The notes beneath the pieces were generated by a model that worked only from the letters and a program-made list of their open reading frames with translations, searched no databases and had not been told where the DNA came from. From an uncultured Gammaproteobacteria bacterium (GTDB taxonomy: Bacteria > Patescibacteriota > Microgenomatia > UBA1406 > GWC2-37-13): DNA of 40,773 nt. Location: contig CAZHJA010000001.1 of NCBI GenBank assembly GCA_964532865.1, positions 1 to 40,773 on the forward strand, written 5' to 3'. Below are positions 36,121 to 40,773 of the stretch, in pieces. The position numbers were made by a program, and so were the translations under genes. Each line of letters begins with the position of its first letter. Position 1 is the first letter of the stretch.

Positions 36121-36558
36121 ATGAGTCAATATAACTACACACCAATTGATGAAATTGTTAAAAAGTATGAAGAAGAAACAGAAAAATATTCTGCAACCAT
36201 TGAATCAGAACCAATACAAGAAGAGCCACCAATCCATGGTGCTGAGTATAGTGAAATGAAACAGGTTGTTGAGCACGAGCCTGATAAAGAAGTAGAAAAA
36301 CATGTTAGAAAAAGACATGAAAAAGTAAGGCTTGATAAGGAATTAAAAGGGGCAGGAGTAGAAACAACAGAACATATAAAATTTCAACAATATGATGATA
36401 TTAAGCTTCCAATATCCGACGAAAATGTTTTAAAAGGTCTTCATAAGCCCATATCTTCATCTTGGAGATGGCTTTCAACACTAGCTGTGTATATTTTAAA
36501 AAAAGCACATCTTACTTTAAAAAGCGTGGGGGGTAAAATTATTAGAGCAAAAACTTAA
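36121..36558 (+). CDS. Uncharacterised acidic protein with a conserved-looking C-terminal amphipathic or TM segment
   Basis: 145-aa ORF with KLPISDENVLKGLHKPISSSWRWLSTLAVYILKKAHLTLK near the C-terminus. It lies 39 nt downstream of the riboswitch-controlled gene on the same strand. Confidence 0.5.
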   Translation: MSQYNYTPIDEIVKKYEEETEKYSATIESEPIQEEPPIHGAEYSEMKQVVEHEPDKEVEKHVRKRHEKVRLDKELKGAGVETTEHIKFQQYDDIKLPISDENVLKGLHKPISSSWRWLSTLAVYILKKAHLTLKSVGGKIIRAKT

Positions 36559-36878
36559 TCTTTCTTAACTTTGTTTATTTCCTCAATTGTGTCCTCTTTG
36601 CTTTTTACTCCAACAAATTGTGAAACAACTTTACCGTCTTTGAAGATATGAAAACTTGGAATAGAAGATATTGAGTACACAGAAGCCAAACTTCCATTTT
36701 CATCTACATTAACTTTTACAAAATTCACGTCTTTCATTTCTTCTGATAATTCATCAAGCATTGGAGACATAATCTTACAAGGGCCACACCAGTTAGCATA
36801 AAAATCTACAAAAACAATACCTTTTTGCTCTATTACCTCTTTTTTAAACTCATCACTATTAATATCTTTTGCTGACAT
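36555..36878 (-). CDS. trxA: Thioredoxin
   Basis: It has the WCGPCK active site in a 107-aa thioredoxin fold. Confidence 0.92.
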   Translation of the reverse strand: MSAKDINSDEFKKEVIEQKGIVFVDFYANWCGPCKIMSPMLDELSEEMKDVNFVKVNVDENGSLASVYSISSIPSFHIFKDGKVVSQFVGVKSKEDTIEEINKVKKD

Positions 36879-36961
36879 AAATTAAAAAATAACTTTTAAT
36901 AGAAAATAGTAATATAAAAAAATAGAATAGTCAACAGGAATTTGATAGAATATGTTAGTTA

Positions 36962-37032
36962 TGCGGGATCATCTAATGGTAGGATAGTAGACTCTGAATC
37001 TACTTATCTTGGTTCGAATCCAAGTCCCGCAG
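36962..37032 (+). tRNA. tRNA-Gln(CTG): tRNA-Gln (anticodon CTG); CCA not encoded
   Basis: Manual fold: acceptor TGCGGGA/TCCCGCA, D arm ATCT-AATGGTA-GGAT, anticodon arm GTAGA-CTCTGAA-TCTAC, T arm CTTGG-TTCGAAT-CCAAG, discriminator G. Confidence 0.88.
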
Positions 37033-37183
37033 CAAATAAATATTAAACTTTTAAACAGAATAAATAACTCTTTCGACCTTACAGTTTCTTTTTTTATTTG
37101 CAGGTAGCTTATCCTTTCTATGCTATTTACTAGAATCAAGTAAGTTTGCCTTTATTTTGTTTATTTTTAGGTATAATTTAATT

Positions 37184-38473
37184 ATGGATTTTATTTTGCT
37201 TGTTATCATGATTTCGGTTTGGGCGCTATTTGGCCTTTTAACATATGTCTACTTTGCTTATAGCCTGATAGTGATTGCTAAAAAGACCGCTACTACCAAT
37301 GGCTGGATGGCTTGGATACCAGTTCTTAATCTTTATCTTATGGTCAAAACTGCAGGCAAGGCTGGTTGGTGGCTAATTTTATTTTTTTTTCCTATTGCTA
37401 ATTTGATATTTGCCATAATTATTTGGGTGGAGATTGCCAAGAAATTAGGTAAGCCTGATTGGCTGGGATTTCTGATATTAATTCCCGTGGCTAATTTTTT
37501 CCTGCCCGCCATTGTAGCTTCAGGCTCAAAAAACAAAAAAACTCCAAGTAATTCCACACCTATCATATTGGCTACGGCTTGTTTTGTGCTTTTGATGATT
37601 AATATTGGTTTAACTACTGCTTTTATTTTCAAAGGGACTTTGTCCACGCCAAACAAAATATATAGCTTGGTGGAATCTGGCGATGTTCAAATACAGATAG
37701 ATAAAGATGTTTCTACTAGTCTCAAAAATCAACCTCAAGATAAAAGTGAAGTTAAATCAGATAGTAGTTTTGACACAACAGCTTTTAATCTTTGGAAAGA
37801 TCAAGCCATAAATTATTGGAATTGCACCTATTGGTATAGCTTATACTATCCAACTGCTTGGGCTAATAATTCTATGACTTTGAATTCTGCTCAGGTTGAA
37901 CTTTATGGAGATGGATTGACGGTAAGTGTGAATAATTTTAGCTCTGCTAATTATCGCGATTTGGATTCCTTTGTAGAAAACAGACGGCAAAACATATCTG
38001 GAAAAGTTACTAGCACTAGAGATAAAACTAGGAATCAAACTCGAGTGATTGCTTTTGAATATCAAAATCCTGGCTCAGTTGTGCTTTTTTGGGATTCTAC
38101 CAACGGTTTTATGGAAATGAGAATTTTTGGTAATAAATATGCTCAGCAGCAAGATTTGGTAGCCAATATAGTAGCAGGGCTTAATACCAACCCTACTCAA
38201 TTGGACTGCGATCAGTCATATTTTATTGATGACTATGTAGAAGGCGATTGGGGTGGAGATGTGCCTAATTGTGATTATGAAAATGATCCAGATTGTTGGC
38301 CAGCTGGGGAATTTCCCGGATATGATAATATCAATATTTATGGTGAAGATTATGATACAGATCCAGTTTGTAATCTTCCCAATGGCGATTTAGATTTATG
38401 GTGGTGGAATGTTTCTCAAGAAGTCAGAGACTGCTATATCGCTAATTATGGCGATCCCTTTTTTACTCCGTAG
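37184..38473 (+). CDS. DUF5684-like membrane domain fused to a C-terminal extracytoplasmic domain ending in an acidic Cys/Trp-rich region
   Basis: The N-terminal IAKKTATTNGWMAWIPVLNLYLMVKTAGKAGWWLILFFFPIANLIF...LGKPDWLGFLILIPVANFFLP matches the DUF5684 pattern. I prefer the ATG at 37184 over the track's TTG at 37157. Confidence 0.6.
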   Translation: MDFILLVIMISVWALFGLLTYVYFAYSLIVIAKKTATTNGWMAWIPVLNLYLMVKTAGKAGWWLILFFFPIANLIFAIIIWVEIAKKLGKPDWLGFLILIPVANFFLPAIVASGSKNKKTPSNSTPIILATACFVLLMINIGLTTAFIFKGTLSTPNKIYSLVESGDVQIQIDKDVSTSLKNQPQDKSEVKSDSSFDTTAFNLWKDQAINYWNCTYWYSLYYPTAWANNSMTLNSAQVELYGDGLTVSVNNFSSANYRDLDSFVENRRQNISGKVTSTRDKTRNQTRVIAFEYQNPGSVVLFWDSTNGFMEMRIFGNKYAQQQDLVANIVAGLNTNPTQLDCDQSYFIDDYVEGDWGGDVPNCDYENDPDCWPAGEFPGYDNINIYGEDYDTDPVCNLPNGDLDLWWWNVSQEVRDCYIANYGDPFFTP

Positions 38474-39247
38474 TTTTTCCAAAATTATTTTATTGATGAA
38501 TTAGGTAGTGCCAGCTTAAAAGCAACTCAATCAAAACTTTATATTTTAAGCGGAATTATGGTTATTTCCGAATCAAGGAAACAACTCAAAATTAAGGCCG
38601 ATCAGATTAAATTTAAGTATTGGGATAAAACTAGTATAATCTTTCATTCGAGAGAAATTGGAAGAAAAGAAGGAGATTTTCACATTTTGAAGGATAACAA
38701 GATAAACAAGGATTTTTCTAGAGATTTAATAAGGTTTTTACATCAAGGTAATTTTCAGCTTTTTGGCGTATTGGTAGATAAAACAAAAATGCCTAAAAAC
38801 TGGAACGAAAAGACGCTTTACAAAAAGACCTCCGAGATTATTATTAGGAATTTTATTTTTGCTTTACTTGCACAACGTAATTGTAGAGGACGATTAATAG
38901 TAGAATCAGCAACGGCATAGAAGGATTTTTACTATCACAAGGCAGCAGGATGTTTTTTATCAAATGGTTTTAGAGAATTAGGCGTTGATTATAAACAAGT
39001 TCAGAATGTATTGACAGAGGTTTCCTTTGTAACTAAGAAAAACTTTGACGTTGAAGAACAGCTTGCTGATATTTTAGCTTATGGGTTGAGACTTAAGTAC
39101 GAAAAATCGACAAAAAATAGTTTATCAGAATATGAGAAGAAACTAATTGAGGTGGTTAATAAAAAACTTTTTAATATCTGTCCAAATACAGGCAAAAAGA
39201 AGAAAAAACTATATTCTCAAATTGAAAGTTTTAAAGTATTGCCTTAA
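38474..39247 (+). pseudogene. DUF3800-like gene with no usable start codon and one in-frame TAG
   Basis: A single frame runs from the upstream gene's stop (38471-38473) to 39247. It begins FFQNYFIDELGSASL...YILSGIMV, the DUF3800 N-terminal yiDEsG motif, with no ATG before it. A TAG at 38918-38920 splits track ORFs 38558-38920 and 39011-39247. These share a frame with no other stop between them. Confidence 0.6.
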
Positions 39248-39500
39248 AAAGCAGAAAAAACTGGGTTGTGGCATCACGCTCACTCACCAGTTTTTATCTA
39301 AAAAAATTATATAAAAATGCTAAAGAAAAGTCAAACGAAAATCTTGTTAAAATTATGGGATAACTCCAAACATCACAAAATGTTTTAATGACTGTTTTGG
39401 TATTTTTAGTAAAAAATGTTTCTTCAATTACTGCCGCATGGAGTTTTGTTTTAACGGCAATTTTTATTTTGCCGCAAAATCTTAAAGTGTTTAGATGCTT

Positions 39501-40490
39501 TCATCTTAGCGCATAGCGTACGCCTCGAGTTGAACCAAGTTTTTTAATTAAACCTTTTTTTATAAGCTCCCGAAGATCATAATGCAAACTGCTATTTGGT
39601 ACTTTAATAAATCTACGTTTAATAAAATTAAAAGAGACCATCCCATGATTTCTAACTATTTCCCAAATCTCTCGTCGTCTTGGAAGAAGAGTGTCTTCTA
39701 GTCTTTCTTCTTTAATATCTTTTAAATTATTAATCGTCTTTTCTGCCTGTTCTGCAAGCGCTTCTAAAAAAAACTCAATAAATCTTGTAATATCTATTTT
39801 GGAGATTGCAAGAAGATCATAATATACCTGTTTATTTCTTTCAAGATATTCTTCTAATGAAACGAGTCCTCGGAAATCAGATTGACCTTGCTTAAGAATA
39901 AAAGTGGACAGCAATCGACCAACACGGCCATTTCCATCTAGAAAAGGATGAATTTTTTCGAAACCAAAATGAAAAAGCGCCATCTTAATATACTTAGTTT
40001 CGCGAGAGGATTTTGTTCGGTTAATTAATGTTTTTATAAGTTCAGAGATTTTATTTGGGGGTGGAGGAAGATAAACTGCAATTCCGGCTTGATTAAATAT
40101 TGCCGAAACTTCTTTTCTAAAAATGCCCGCAGAAGGAGAAATATTTTTCATTACCATCTTGTGCAATTTTAAAATGAGACCAATACTGAGAGTTTTAGGA
40201 GACTGAGAAGAATATAACCAGTGAAGAGCATCAAGGATATTAAAGACTTCAATTTTCTCAAGATTGTTTGTTTTTGATCTTTCACTGACGAAACGAACAT
40301 CCTCGTAATGCAGTTTGCTCCCTTCAATGCGAGCTGAGAAAAGAGAGCTTTTAAGAAATGATTTTCTCTGAAGAGTTCTTTCAATATGCGGCAATTGTGG
40401 TAAAAGCTCAATAACTTTTTTAGCAATTTCTAATCTTTTAAGACAATTTTCTATTTTCTTGTTTTTTTTGTATCTATAATCTAATAACAT
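39501..40490 (-). CDS. fic: Fic family protein (AMPylase-type) with an N-terminal inhibitory motif and a C-terminal winged helix
   Basis: It has the Fic core HPFLDGNGRVGRLL and an inhibitory-helix motif SARIEG that fits (S/T)xxxE(G/N). The C-terminal GMVSFNFIKRRF...LRELIKKGLIKKLGSTRGVRY is wHTH-like. Confidence 0.88.
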   Translation of the reverse strand: MLLDYRYKKNKKIENCLKRLEIAKKVIELLPQLPHIERTLQRKSFLKSSLFSARIEGSKLHYEDVRFVSERSKTNNLEKIEVFNILDALHWLYSSQSPKTLSIGLILKLHKMVMKNISPSAGIFRKEVSAIFNQAGIAVYLPPPPNKISELIKTLINRTKSSRETKYIKMALFHFGFEKIHPFLDGNGRVGRLLSTFILKQGQSDFRGLVSLEEYLERNKQVYYDLLAISKIDITRFIEFFLEALAEQAEKTINNLKDIKEERLEDTLLPRRREIWEIVRNHGMVSFNFIKRRFIKVPNSSLHYDLRELIKKGLIKKLGSTRGVRYALR

Positions 40491-40506
40491 TAGATAATAT
40501 TTTAAC

Positions 40507-40543
40507 AGATATTAAAAGATATTGTAAGAAGTTGAAAGATATT
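40507..40543. repeat. Three helically phased AGATATT direct repeats upstream of fic
   Basis: agatatt occurs at 40507, 40517 and 40537, so the spacings are 10 and 20 bp. This is 17-53 nt upstream of the fic start codon. Confidence 0.45.
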
Positions 40544-40773
40544 AGAAAAATCGGCTTTCTTGTAAAAAAAGGCCTGTAAAAAAAGTTTGATTCTCTAAGG
40601 TTGTAAATTGTTGGTAACGAGATTAAACCTATATATTCAGTTGTTTCCAGGGCTTCATATATACCTACTTCCAAAACCAATGAAAGAAATTCTATATATC
40701 TTTGTATTATTATTAGACTGTCAATTGGAATGGTAAATTGTGCATAGAAATAGTTTAATTTTGTGCATTAAAT

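Noticed and set aside
38918-38920. The in-frame TAG in the DUF3800-like gene could be programmed recoding or a reassigned codon.
   Set aside because: TAG ends smpB and the 37184-38473 gene at sensible positions, and no pyl-type machinery is visible. Combined with the missing start codon, pseudogenisation is the simpler reading.
40474-40680. The 68-aa minus-strand ORF upstream of and overlapping the fic start, and ORF 40169-40426 inside fic.
   Set aside because: Neither has motifs. The first lies in the repeat-bearing promoter region and the second is out of frame within the well-supported Fic CDS.
1-40773. An alternative genetic code (UGA read as Gly or Trp, as in some CPR lineages or Mollicutes), and CRISPR arrays.
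   Set aside because: TGA terminates the GT2, pduO and integrase ORFs at family-typical lengths, and conserved genes contain no internal TGA. No regularly spaced repeat-spacer array is visible anywhere in the window.

Overview
This is an AT-rich (about 30% GC by eye), tightly packed bacterial chromosome segment that uses the standard genetic code. TGA, TAA and TAG all end conserved genes at their expected lengths. The gene content suggests a Patescibacteria/CPR-like organism, but that is inference only. It includes a reduced housekeeping set (recA, recX, rny, hup, smpB, ssrA, nrdR, nrdJ, trxA), proteins that look like DUF5659, DUF5667 and DUF5684, T4SS-pilin-like proteins and EndoQ. I could support four RNA genes: tRNA-Asn, tRNA-Met, tRNA-Gln and tmRNA.

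The window has four accessory patches:
1. An integrative element whose large serine recombinase ORF ends inside tRNA-Asn (left edge to about 7.9 kb).
2. A divergent surface module with two VirB2/TrbC-like pilins, a cohesin-like anchored protein and a VirB6-like giant membrane protein (11.4-15.8 kb).
3. A two-gene insertion next to the ssrA 3' end, bracketed by imperfect direct repeats (17.1-18.3 kb).
4. A patch after tRNA-Gln with a DUF5684 fusion protein, a decayed DUF3800 gene and a Fic protein (37-40.8 kb).

The most interesting signal is a compact cobalamin riboswitch at 34862-34975. It sits directly after nrdR-nrdJ-pduO and directly before two uncharacterised proteins, which makes them candidates for an undescribed corrinoid-related function. 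All family assignments come from motif recognition by eye. No database search or folding program was run.
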